Shown: positions 22,252 through 31,217 of the stretch, one piece after another
Position numbering within the stretch: the stretch's first letter is position 1
How the letters are laid out: the number at the start of each line of letters is the position of its first letter
DNA from: Planctomycetota bacterium
GTDB taxonomy: Bacteria; Planctomycetota; UBA8108; SXIK01
Direction of reading: 5' to 3'
Length of the DNA: 64,000 nucleotides
NCBI GenBank assembly: GCA_965223845.1
Contig: CBDCXR010000004.1
Coordinates: 128,001 to 192,000 of the forward strand
Position numbers and translations under genes: made by a program
The notes under the pieces: model-generated
Databases searched by the model: none
The model's input: the letters and a program-made list of their open reading frames with translations, nothing else
What the model was told of the DNA's origin: nothing

Positions 22252-24009
22252 ATGACGTCGCGGGTCGAATTCTCCGTCGCACCGGATCGCTGGCTCGAGA
22301 TTGGCAAGTTCCTCGCTCGGGATTTGATCCTCCTCGAGCCCTCTCGCCGAAGTGAGCTCCGGCGCGAATGGGAGAGTGTCCGTGCAGCGGAAGAATCGAT
22401 CGACGACCGTCTCGTCGTCGGGATCGTCGGCGGCACGGGCGTCGGGAAGTCGACCCTCATCAATGCGCTCGCCGGCGCCGAGATCTCCCGGAGCAGCGAC
22501 CGACGTCCGACCACCGACCGAGTGATCTGCTACCGACACGAGCGCACGCCGATGCCGCCGGGTTTTCCGATCGACGACATCGCCGAGCCGCAGCCGGTCC
22601 ACCGCAGCGACTCGCTCGAGCGAGTCATCCTTCTCGACTTCCCCGACTTCGACTCGGTCGAGTCTCTTCACCACGAAGTGCTCGAGAGATTCTTCCCGCG
22701 CCTCGACGTGCTCGTGATTCTCGTCGACGACGTCAAGTACGCCGACGCGCGCCTGTTCGCTCTCATCGACCGGTTGCCGCAGAGTCACGAGAACCTGCAC
22801 ATCGTTCTCAATAAGGTCGACGCCCTCGAACGGCGTTACCCCGGACGTTGGCGAGAGGTCGCGGGCGAGATCATCGACGATCTTCGGGGCAAGCTCGCGG
22901 CCCACGTCGGCCTCGAGATCGATCGCGAACGCTTCGTTGCGCTCGCCGCGCTTCCGGCCTGGCGCGAACGCGATCCGCGGCTCGCAGCGGACGGAGATGC
23001 GACCGGCGCGAGTCCCGTGAGCGGGGACTTCGATCGTTTCGTCGGCGAGCTCGAGGCGTATCGAGCCGAGCGTCGCCGCCGCGCGGCGAAAGATCTCAAT
23101 ATCGATGCGCGTCAACGCGCGCTCGTTGCGGCGCTCGCTGCCGCCTCGCCGAGCGAGGCCGGCGTGCGAGCGGTCGCCGAGGCGCGCTCGGGGTTCGAGG
23201 AGCGGCGGAGAGAGCTCGAGCGCTTGCGCGCGGGAATCACCGCAAATCTACTCTCGGTCGACGAGCGGCATCGCCTCGCTCGCGAACGGCTCGGTCGCAA
23301 CGCGTCGAGCTTCGGCTTTCCCGTGGACCTCTTCATCGGCGCGATCGCGCGCCTACCGTGGCGAGGCCGGCGGCGAGGGCAGGTGCCGAGTTGGTCCGCG
23401 GAGCGTCTCGAGGGTCAATTCGGCCCGTTCGCTTCGGCCGCGGACAACGCGGTGCGAGAGCTCGGCGTTGCGGTGGAGTCTCATGTCCCGGTAGGACGAG
23501 ACCTCGCGCTGTCGAACGGACTCTTCGCTCGCGCCGCCGAGGGACTCGAGCGCTTCCTCGACGAGTGGCGCGAACGATTCGCCGAGCGCCGCCGCTGGAG
23601 AAACCACGTCCCCGGCGCGATCGTCATCGTCGGAGCAGCGCTGACGCTCTTCCACCCCGCGATCGACGCCGCCGCGCATTCCTGGGCCGAGGACGGCTCC
23701 GTCGCTTGGGGCGAGTTCGGGAAGGAGCTCGTCCTCGCGCTCGTCGGACTCCTCAGCCCCACGTTTCTCGTCGGGACACTTTTCGCACTCGTCTTCGCGT
23801 ACGCGTGCGGCGCTCTCTACGCGTGGACGCGCGAAGCGCACAAGGTCGAGGCCGTCGTTCGGCGCGGTGAGACATTCGCCGGGGAGACGATTCGAGAAGG
23901 CGTCGAGCCGGAGCTCGATCGCGCAGCGGCCGGCGTTCGCACTTGGCTCGAGGAGGCGGAAGAGCGATCCAGATTGACGCGGGGCGACCCGCAGCTCGCC
24001 GCACGGTGA
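22252..24009 (+). CDS. dynamin-like GTPase B with two C-terminal TM helices
   Basis: G1 GGTGVGKST, G2 RRPTT, G3 DFPDFDS, KYAD, G4 LNKVD, coiled coil, two hydrophobic helices near the C-terminus. Confidence 0.85.
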   Translation: MTSRVEFSVAPDRWLEIGKFLARDLILLEPSRRSELRREWESVRAAEESIDDRLVVGIVGGTGVGKSTLINALAGAEISRSSDRRPTTDRVICYRHERTPMPPGFPIDDIAEPQPVHRSDSLERVILLDFPDFDSVESLHHEVLERFFPRLDVLVILVDDVKYADARLFALIDRLPQSHENLHIVLNKVDALERRYPGRWREVAGEIIDDLRGKLAAHVGLEIDRERFVALAALPAWRERDPRLAADGDATGASPVSGDFDRFVGELEAYRAERRRRAAKDLNIDARQRALVAALAAASPSEAGVRAVAEARSGFEERRRELERLRAGITANLLSVDERHRLARERLGRNASSFGFPVDLFIGAIARLPWRGRRRGQVPSWSAERLEGQFGPFASAADNAVRELGVAVESHVPVGRDLALSNGLFARAAEGLERFLDEWRERFAERRRWRNHVPGAIVIVGAALTLFHPAIDAAAHSWAEDGSVAWGEFGKELVLALVGLLSPTFLVGTLFALVFAYACGALYAWTREAHKVEAVVRRGETFAGETIREGVEPELDRAAAGVRTWLEEAEERSRLTRGDPQLAAR

Positions 24010-24035
24010 GAGGGGGCTCGTCTTCGTTCGCCGCT

Positions 24036-24752
24036 TCAATTCGCCGTGAGCTCGAGGAAGACGTCCTCGAGATCACTCGCTTCGGAGGTCGCGCGCAGTC
24101 CGGCGACGTCTCCGTGGTAGAGAAGTCGGCCCTTGTGAAGGATGCCGACGCGCTCCGAGACGCTCTCCGCGATCCCGAGCGAGTGGGTGGACATGAAAAT
24201 CGTCACGCCGGCGCGCGTCCGTTCGCGCATGAAGTCGACTGCGGCGCGGACGTTCTTCGGATCGAGCCCGACCCAGGGTTCGTCGATGATCACGACGCGC
24301 GGATCGTGGAGAAAGCAGGCGACGAAGGCGAGGCGCTGCCTCATCCCGTGGGAATACGTGTCGACGAGTCGATCGGCCGGCTCGACCATCTCGAAGATCT
24401 CGAGCAGCTCCGTACCGTAGGTTTCTACGCGGTCGCGAGTGAGTCCGTAGAGACCGCCGATGAACTTGAGGTACTCCCAGCCGGTGAGCTTTCCGTAGAG
24501 AAAGGGATGGTCGGGGATATAGCCGATGATGCGCTTCACCGCGACCGGATCTTCGCGGACGTCGAAGCCGCCGATGCGGATCGTTCCCGCGGTCGGCCGA
24601 AGGAGACCGGCCATGATCTTCATCGTCGTCGTCTTCCCCGCGCCATTTGGCCCTAGGAAGGTGAAGAAGACGCCGGGCTCGACGGCGAGCTCGAGGTGGT
24701 CGACGGCGCGTTTTCCGTCGTAGTCCTTCGTTAGGTTTTGGATTTCGATCAT
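24036..24752 (-). CDS. ABC transporter ATP-binding protein
   Basis: GPNGAGKTT, YSHGMRQR, IIDEP, STH. Confidence 0.95.
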   Translation of the reverse strand: MIEIQNLTKDYDGKRAVDHLELAVEPGVFFTFLGPNGAGKTTTMKIMAGLLRPTAGTIRIGGFDVREDPVAVKRIIGYIPDHPFLYGKLTGWEYLKFIGGLYGLTRDRVETYGTELLEIFEMVEPADRLVDTYSHGMRQRLAFVACFLHDPRVVIIDEPWVGLDPKNVRAAVDFMRERTRAGVTIFMSTHSLGIAESVSERVGILHKGRLLYHGDVAGLRATSEASDLEDVFLELTAN

Positions 24753-25720
24753 CGGGGCTCGTCTTTCGATGGCGGAGCGCTCGTCCGGTCGGGAGAAGGA
24801 GTCGTGGCCTCGCGCTCCGAAGCACCGTTCGGGGATCGCGGGGGCGAGTCGGTCGAGATGCGCGTTTCGAACCCCGCGCGCGCTGCCCGGCGACTCATAG
24901 CCTCTACACTCAGGTGCTCGAGCGGACGACCGAAGCGCATGCGGAGAACCGTGCCGTCACGGGTGACCCGCGCCGTGCATTGGGTGCCGTTCGAGTCGAT
25001 CTCGAGGACGTAGACATCGACGAGAACTCCATCGATCTTCTGCGTGAGAAGCTCCTCGACGGCGATCGAGGTTCGGACCGTTCGCAAGAGCAGCGGGTCG
25101 AAGCTCGTGTACTCGAACGTCTCGCCTTCGCGGAGACCTCCGAGCGAGAGGTTCGGGAGGAAGCCAGCTCCGAGGTCGAGCGGGCGCAGCGGGAGGTCGA
25201 GCGTCGGGAGGTCGTGCTCCCCTCCGCGGATTCTGATGCGAAAGCGCGGCGGCTCGTCCGCGTCGGTTTCCGCGCGTTCTCCCGAGACGAGGATCTGCCC
25301 TCCGGCCGGCAACTGAACGTGGACGGTGAGGCTGAGCGGAAGGAGGTCGTCGTCCTGAACGAGCTGGCCACGGATTCGGAGCATGCCGCCGCCGATCAGC
25401 GGGCCGAGGATCGCCGCACCTTTTCCGAGCGCGCGGAGCTCGAGTGCTCCCTCGACGGTCGAGTAGTACTCCGTACCCTCGAAACCCGGGGCGCGCTCGT
25501 TCGAGAACCCGAAGTACCCGATCTTGTTTCGGCGCGCGCCGCTGTGTCCGTAGACCGCGAGCCACCGCTCTCGCTTAGGAGTGCCGGCGAGGAACTGGTG
25601 GACCTTCGCCGAGTACGTGTCGAGCTCGGCAATCCGTGTCTGGCGGTGGACGAACCACGCATTCATGCTGAGCCAGTAGATCACGATCAGCGCGGTGAGG
25701 AACGAGCCGGAGACTCTCAA
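24749..25720 (-). CDS. membrane-anchored beta-rich hypothetical protein in the ABC operon
   Basis: TTG start overlaps the upstream TGA, with AAAGGAG RBS. N-terminal TM helix. Its stop overlaps the ATPase ATG. Confidence 0.7.
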   Translation of the reverse strand: MRVSGSFLTALIVIYWLSMNAWFVHRQTRIAELDTYSAKVHQFLAGTPKRERWLAVYGHSGARRNKIGYFGFSNERAPGFEGTEYYSTVEGALELRALGKGAAILGPLIGGGMLRIRGQLVQDDDLLPLSLTVHVQLPAGGQILVSGERAETDADEPPRFRIRIRGGEHDLPTLDLPLRPLDLGAGFLPNLSLGGLREGETFEYTSFDPLLLRTVRTSIAVEELLTQKIDGVLVDVYVLEIDSNGTQCTARVTRDGTVLRMRFGRPLEHLSVEAMSRRAARAGFETRISTDSPPRSPNGASEREATTPSPDRTSAPPSKDEPR

Positions 25721-27483
25721 AACTCGCTCCTTTCGAGATTCGCGGCGCCGACACGGAGAGCCGCTAAGGAGAGCAAGGCGGTGACGAGCAGGGCCGCACC
25801 GTGTGCGAGCCAGCGCTCCGAGGACGTCGCGATGCCGTCGCCGCCCACGTAGGGGAGTGCCTCGAAACCGATGAGCGTCGCGACGACGAGGGCGCTCGCG
25901 AAGAAGTTGAGCGTCCCGCCGAGCCCGACCGCGATGCGCGCGGGATTGTCCTCGTCGAAATTCGGGTATGCGGCGCCGAGTCCGGCCGTCAGGGCACTCA
26001 GGCAAACGCTCGCAAGGACGACGATCAAGAGGCCGGTGACGATGTTCTCGAGTGGAAAGGAGAGTGCGAGCTGGGAAGCGATCGCCATCGGGACTCCGAG
26101 CGTGATCGTCGTCAAAAACCCGAACACCGCTTTCTGGTAGACGAGGCGAGACCGTCGAGCCGGTGCGAGCCCGACGACCCAGAACGCGCGGCCTTCGAGG
26201 CTGATGAGCGGGAAGAGGAAGCGCGAGGTGAACGAGGAGAGGATCATGCAGATCGCAGCGAGGTTCGCGAAGAAGAGAAGTCGCTCGGTCGATCCCGTCG
26301 TGAGAACGCGTGGGATGCGCGTGAGGCTGAGCGAGTAGATCGCCATGAGAAGAAGAAAGAGGAGCGATTGGCTGAGCTGAGCGGGATCGCGGAGAAACGA
26401 GAGGACGTCCTTCGTGAGGAGCCCGGTCGTGCTGCCGGCCCCGAGCGTGCGATCCGTGATGCGCCGCAAGAGGGGGCGCCGCCGGCGCGCTTCGCTCCCG
26501 GCGCTCGCTACCGGCGCGTGGGCCGACTCGAGCCACTGGCGGCCGTAGAAGCGCGCTCCGTACCAACTGACGACGGGGACGAAGATGAGCGTGTTCGCGA
26601 GAAGCAGCGCGGCGTAGAAGAGCCACTCGCGATGATTGCTTGTCAGGGCGGCGTTGATGCCGGCGCTCGCCCAGTGCGCAGGAGAGTACGGCGAGTGGAG
26701 AATCGAGAGATTCGACGTGAAGCGATCGATGATGAGAAGATGGTTCGTCGATTCGAGGTCGACGAAGCGAAACGTCCGAACGAAGAGGTAGCAGATCCCG
26801 AAAAAGACGAGCGCTCCGACCGAGAGGAGCTGCCGCCCGGTGAGTCGACGGACGAGCGGGGCGACGCAGAACGTAACCCCAGCTCCGGCGAGCCCGGCGA
26901 AACCGATGAAGACGAGCAGGAGGCCCGTTGTTTGAACGTAGTAGGTCGGCGGCGCCGAGCGAAGGATCCCGAACGCGATGAGAACCGGAAGCCCCAGGAA
27001 GACCGTCGCCCAGGAGCTGAACGCGATCGCCTCGGAGAGCTTCGTCCAGAGGATCGTGCGCGGCGTGAGCGGGAGCTGGAAGAAGTACGTCGTCTCCTTC
27101 GCGATGAAGGCCGTCGTGTAGGTGACGATGACGGTCGACAGGAGAATGAGGACGAGCAAAGTGAGAAAGAGGAGCGAAACGATCTTGCTGTTCAGCGCGA
27201 CGCCGAACGCCTCGAAGCTCTCGATGAACTCGAAGCACTTGTAGGCAAGCGCGAGCCCGAGTCCGAAGATGTTGAGCAGGCCGAAGACGACCACGAAGGT
27301 ACGTGTGAACGCGTCCTTGCGGATGTGGTCGATGTGGTTGCGGATCGACCGCCAGCGCATTCGACCGATCACCGCGATGTGAGCGATCTCGTCGGGTGCC
27401 GAGCTTCGCTCGCTCGGGCGGGCGGGCTCTGAGGCCTCGAGCGTTTTCGTCGATTCAGCGCCGCCGGTCGTCACGCGGGCCAC
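25717..27483 (-). CDS. ABC-2 type transporter permease (multi-TM)
   Basis: About 14 hydrophobic helices, KDVLSFLRDPAQLSQ, SRFLFPLISLEGRAFWV, same operon as the ATPase. Confidence 0.85.
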   Translation of the reverse strand: MARVTTGGAESTKTLEASEPARPSERSSAPDEIAHIAVIGRMRWRSIRNHIDHIRKDAFTRTFVVVFGLLNIFGLGLALAYKCFEFIESFEAFGVALNSKIVSLLFLTLLVLILLSTVIVTYTTAFIAKETTYFFQLPLTPRTILWTKLSEAIAFSSWATVFLGLPVLIAFGILRSAPPTYYVQTTGLLLVFIGFAGLAGAGVTFCVAPLVRRLTGRQLLSVGALVFFGICYLFVRTFRFVDLESTNHLLIIDRFTSNLSILHSPYSPAHWASAGINAALTSNHREWLFYAALLLANTLIFVPVVSWYGARFYGRQWLESAHAPVASAGSEARRRRPLLRRITDRTLGAGSTTGLLTKDVLSFLRDPAQLSQSLLFLLLMAIYSLSLTRIPRVLTTGSTERLLFFANLAAICMILSSFTSRFLFPLISLEGRAFWVVGLAPARRSRLVYQKAVFGFLTTITLGVPMAIASQLALSFPLENIVTGLLIVVLASVCLSALTAGLGAAYPNFDEDNPARIAVGLGGTLNFFASALVVATLIGFEALPYVGGDGIATSSERWLAHGAALLVTALLSLAALRVGAANLERSEF

Positions 27484-27556
27484 TCCGTGTCGGTCATCTT
27501 GAAGAAGAGAACGGCGCCCGAAGCGCGCCGAGGCGTGGACTTACCGGAAGTTCGAT

Positions 27557-28648
27557 CTACTCGGAGGGGTCGGGCTCGAGCGCCGCGAGCTCGCCGCGCA
27601 GGTCGGCGGCCGTGCGTCCGTCGGAGCGCTGCTGGCGCAGCCGCGAGATGAGAGCGCTCGGCTCGCCGCCGACGTCGCTCTGGAGTCGAGCGAAGAGTGG
27701 CAGGAGCTCGTGGTAACGAGCGGCGTGGAGAACCGTTGTGTTCGACGCGCGCAAGGGCTCCGTTCCCGGACCGACCATGACCTCGAGCGCTCGCGACGCC
27801 GCTTCGAACAGATCGCCCTTGATCGCTCGCTTTCGCTCGTCCGGGAGGTCGCTCCGATAAAGTGAATCGAGATCGGCTCGCAGCCGTGCGAGCAGCTCCG
27901 TTTGCTGATCGCGGACTCGGCAGTCCTCTTCATATCGGTTCTTGAGCGGCCGGAGCCGCGGGTGAAACTCGAGAAACCGGCGCGTGCCCTCGCGCGCGAC
28001 GAACGTGGCCAGAGACTCGTTGAACGTCGTGTCGTCCGGGAAGTACACGGTTCGGTGAACCGTCTCGTGAATGATGAGATCGATGAAGTCGGTGAGCTTG
28101 CCCTCGAGCATCGTCGAGAGGATCGGATCGCGAAACCAGCCGAGCGTGCTGTACGCGCCGACGGGTGAGATCCCGACGTCGAATCCTTCCTGCTCCAGTC
28201 GCCGCGCCTCGTCCTTTGCGTCCTCGAGCGAGAAGAAGCCCTTGTAGGCGACGGTTCCGGCGAACGGGAAGTGCCAGCGATAGGGCACGAGGCCGATGGG
28301 ATGCGCGGCCGTCACCGCGTAGCTGATCGGCTCACCGCCCGTGTCGAGGAAGGTGGTGTAGGCATCGCCGGGATCGAGACCGAGCTCCTCGCGGCAGAAT
28401 TCGAGAATCGTGGGCACCCACGCCAGCGTCTCGCGCTCCGACGCGCTGAGGGCCGATTCCAACTCGGGCGCGTCGAGCGGAGTGTGCGATCGCGCGAGGC
28501 GGAGCTGACCGAATCCCTGCTCGACGACGTATCCGACCTGACACCCGGAGGCGGCGAGCGAACCCAGCAGCGAGACTACGAGGGAGATGGGGAGGGAACC
28601 CTCGAAAGCGCGCGACCCACCCGGACGGCGCGATTGCGGTAGCGACAT
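27557..28648 (-). CDS. putative zinc aminopeptidase lipoprotein (Aminopep/DUF2265-type)
   Basis: Lipobox-like ASGC, WHFPFAGTVAYKGFF, AYSTLGWFRDP, LIIHETVH…FNESLATFV. Confidence 0.88.
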   Translation of the reverse strand: MSLPQSRRPGGSRAFEGSLPISLVVSLLGSLAASGCQVGYVVEQGFGQLRLARSHTPLDAPELESALSASERETLAWVPTILEFCREELGLDPGDAYTTFLDTGGEPISYAVTAAHPIGLVPYRWHFPFAGTVAYKGFFSLEDAKDEARRLEQEGFDVGISPVGAYSTLGWFRDPILSTMLEGKLTDFIDLIIHETVHRTVYFPDDTTFNESLATFVAREGTRRFLEFHPRLRPLKNRYEEDCRVRDQQTELLARLRADLDSLYRSDLPDERKRAIKGDLFEAASRALEVMVGPGTEPLRASNTTVLHAARYHELLPLFARLQSDVGGEPSALISRLRQQRSDGRTAADLRGELAALEPDPSE

Positions 28649-28736
28649 GCGAAGATTGTAAGACCGGCTCGCGATTCTCGCAGCTGGGGGAGCCAAACGA
28701 GACCGCTCCCCGGGTGCACGGCCAAGGTGGTGGGGG

Positions 28737-28820
28737 TGGCTCCGCCGGGACTTGAACCCGGATGTCCCGAAGGACAACAGATTTTAAATCTGTCGCGTAT
28801 GCCAGTTCCGCCACGGAGCC
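28737..28820 (-). tRNA. tRNA-Leu(TAA)
   Basis: GGCTCCG acceptor, anticodon arm ACAGA-TTTAAAA-TCTGT, long variable arm GTCCTTCGGGAC, GGTTCAAGTCC. CCA is not encoded. Confidence 0.96.
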
Positions 28821-29066
28821 CAGAGCGGCAGCGCGCCGGATGGTAGTCCTGGCACCGGAAGCGAACAACCGATTTTCGCGCGCGCAAAAGCGATCGACGC
28901 GAGGCGCAAGTCGGTCGGCAGACGGACACCGACGGGCGATCGATTCGCGCTTGACGCCCCGGATCGGCTGAGCTCATATGAGCGAAGACGCCCACCGACC
29001 GACTCGCGTCGCGCGCTCGCTTCGCGCCGCGCAACGTCCTCCCTCCCGGTCGGTTCCCGCCTTTAA

Positions 29067-29140
29067 GCGCCCGTAGCTCAGTCGGAAGAGCACCGGATTT
29101 CTAATCCGAAGGTCGCAGGTTCGAGCCCTGCCGGGCGTGC
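29067..29140 (+). tRNA. tRNA-Arg(TCT)
   Basis: GCGCCCG TAGCTCAG…, anticodon loop TTTCTAA, GCAGGTTCGAGCCCTGC T-arm. Confidence 0.95.
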
Positions 29141-29208
29141 TTTTTCTTGTAAGGACTTACGACTCCTTCTTGGTTGCCTCCGAATGCTCCTGCCACGCAA
29201 CTGCCACA

Positions 29209-29451
29209 CTAGCTCACGGCGGCGAGGGTCTCGTCCTCGCCGCGATGTGCGGCTCGTTTGTTCAGGCCCTGCGCGACCTTGCCCGTGCGCCTCAGCCAGT
29301 CGAGGACGTCAGGCCAGTAGAACAGCGGGCGCCCGGGACCGAGGCGCGGCAGCGGGTCGTCATGCCGCTTGGTCCACACGCGGATCGTGTTCTTCTTGCG
29401 CCCAAGTCGTTCGGCGAGCTCGGCCTCGGTCAGAACGGTCGTCTCTTCCAT
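29209..29451 (-). CDS. excisionase/AlpA-like helix-turn-helix protein
   Basis: LTEAELAERLGRKKNTIRVW…LPRLGPGRPLFYWPDVLDWL, 80 aa, next to a tRNA. Confidence 0.8.
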   Translation of the reverse strand: MEETTVLTEAELAERLGRKKNTIRVWTKRHDDPLPRLGPGRPLFYWPDVLDWLRRTGKVAQGLNKRAAHRGEDETLAAVS

Positions 29452-29538
29452 GCCGGCTATTTCGGGACGGGTTCAGGTTGACCCTTAGCGACAAAGTCCG
29501 GTTAGTTCATGACACTCTTGATTGTGCGACGACAGACG

Positions 29539-29723
29539 ATGGCGATGGGACGACCACCCAAAACAAGGATCACGGATCGTGATTCGTACTCGAGCACGGC
29601 GATGAAGTGCTCTCCGCTCTCGACCGTGTTCGCGACGCGATCAACGACGAGTGGGACGAAGCGCTGGATCTCTCGCGTCAAGACGCGATTCCTAAAGCGG
29701 CTTCGGCGTTTGAGTTATCCTGA
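29539..29723 (+). pseudogene. probable ribbon-helix-helix/CopG-like regulator pseudogene
   Basis: MGRPPK, a frameshift at AAAA (29560-29563), then NKDHGS*FVLEHGDEVLSALDRVRDAINDEWDEALDLSRQDAI with an internal TGA at 29580. Confidence 0.45.
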
Positions 29724-30404
29724 CCGCGCAGACCGGTCTACGCTGATCCGCAATATCCTTTTGACGGATGAGGAGTAGGGGCTGAATAGTCCGTCCTCTG
29801 CGTCAGATGGGAATCGCGCCGGGATCGGAGCGTCTTGGTGAGCAAAAAAAGTTGAGAAAACGCTCGGCTTCGGAGTCTACGTATTTGGCGGGACGATTCT
29901 CCCGAGCGAATCCTGAATCAATAGAGCAGATGATCGCCGTGCGATTAGAGTTCGTAAATAGTCTCACTCGTTCGCCCGAATGCAGTCGAGAATTCGGCTA
30001 CGACGACGCCATCACGCTCCATCGGCGAGGCGCCACGGGCTTGACGAGTCGGGACGACGCGGCGCGTCTTTCATCCCTCGTCCACATAGAAAGAAAGGTA
30101 GAGATTCAAGATGACTTGACCAAGGTTAAGACACTGGCATCGAGGAGGGGCAGCATCATCGATACCGGACTGGCCTACGGGCCATTTCCCGCCTACGGCG
30201 AAGCCAGCGAAGATTCAACGAGGCCATTTTTGGAACGCCTTGCGACAGAACCCGTCCGCAAGGTGTTCGCTGTCAGCGGACCACACGGTGATTGGCCATG
30301 TGCCTCTTGGTGGCTAGTACCGCCGCTGACAATGCCTTGCGGCCAGCCACGTGCCGGCTGGCTCAGGTTTCCTGTCTGCAAGGCACTCAGACAGGAAACC
30401 GCGA

Positions 30405-30890
30405 ATGATCCCCAACACAGTAGATTTCTCAGGATGCGTCAACAGAGCAATAGCCTCGGCTCGTTCGAACGGATTGCGAGAAGAGGACGACGCTCGTCAA
30501 GAAGCGCGCCTCCGTTTCCTTGAGCTGACTGACGATTCTCAGAGGGCCCAGCGACGGGCCATTCAGAACGGGGTCCAGACTCAGAAGAGATTCGAGGAAC
30601 GGTGGTGGCGTGTTCGCGACCTCGCGGAGACTCCAATCGCTCCCGAATGCGGTGGGTCAAAGCTCGACGCGCGACTAGATTCAGAGATCACAGAAAGGCG
30701 TCTCAGACTGGCCCTGAGCGAGCTCGAATTTCAAGTGCTCAGGGCGCTCGCCCGCGGCGTGCGGGTCTGTGAGCTTTCTCTTCCAGGAATTAGCTCGGCG
30801 TCGTTGTATAGAATCCGGCGACGACTGGCCGAACGAATTGGGAATCTTGAGCTAACAGCGGTCGAGGTTGCTGCGGCGCTGTGCGTCTGA
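30405..30890 (+). CDS. divergent sigma-factor-like / LuxR-type HTH protein
   Basis: EDDARQEARLRFLE (sigma2-like) and LSELEFQVLRALARG…ISSASLYRIRRRL (sigma4/HTH-like). Confidence 0.5.
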   Translation: MIPNTVDFSGCVNRAIASARSNGLREEDDARQEARLRFLELTDDSQRAQRRAIQNGVQTQKRFEERWWRVRDLAETPIAPECGGSKLDARLDSEITERRLRLALSELEFQVLRALARGVRVCELSLPGISSASLYRIRRRLAERIGNLELTAVEVAAALCV

Positions 30891-31017
30891 AGCGGCTGAG
30901 CGATCGCCGCAGTTCAGGAGTCTACTGGTTAGTACTCGTGATTGTCGCGTTCGTCGTTTTGCTTGCCTGCGCTATTTTTTCGATTGTTCGTTGAAGGTCC
31001 TCTACTCAATCCCGCGC

Positions 31018-31072
31018 AACCTCACGTCCTGCCTGGCGCCGCAGTAAGAGCGCTCGGGTAGGACGTGAGGTT
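31018..31072. other. long stem-loop
   Basis: Perfect 13-bp IR AACCTCACGTCCT/AGGACGTGAGGTT, extendable inward with G-U pairs. Confidence 0.7.
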
Positions 31073-31217
31073 CATTTGCGAATGGCGGATTCGTTGGATG
31101 CGCGGCTTGGCGCATGGTTCTCAGTTGGGCGCAGGCACTAGTTGACTGACCGTGTCCACTCGTCTACCGTGAGTAGATCGTAGGTGGTGTGAGGTTGGGC
31201 AGACGGGGAGGCGATCG

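Noticed and set aside
24749-27238. 829-aa ORF overlapping the ABC permease
   Set aside because: Only the last ~323 codons, from TTG 25720 with an RBS, look like protein. The rest is an alternative frame of the permease.
29807-30523. 238-aa ORF in the island
   Set aside because: No recognisable motif, it overlaps the sigma-like ORF, and its composition is unconvincing. It cannot be supported as a CDS.
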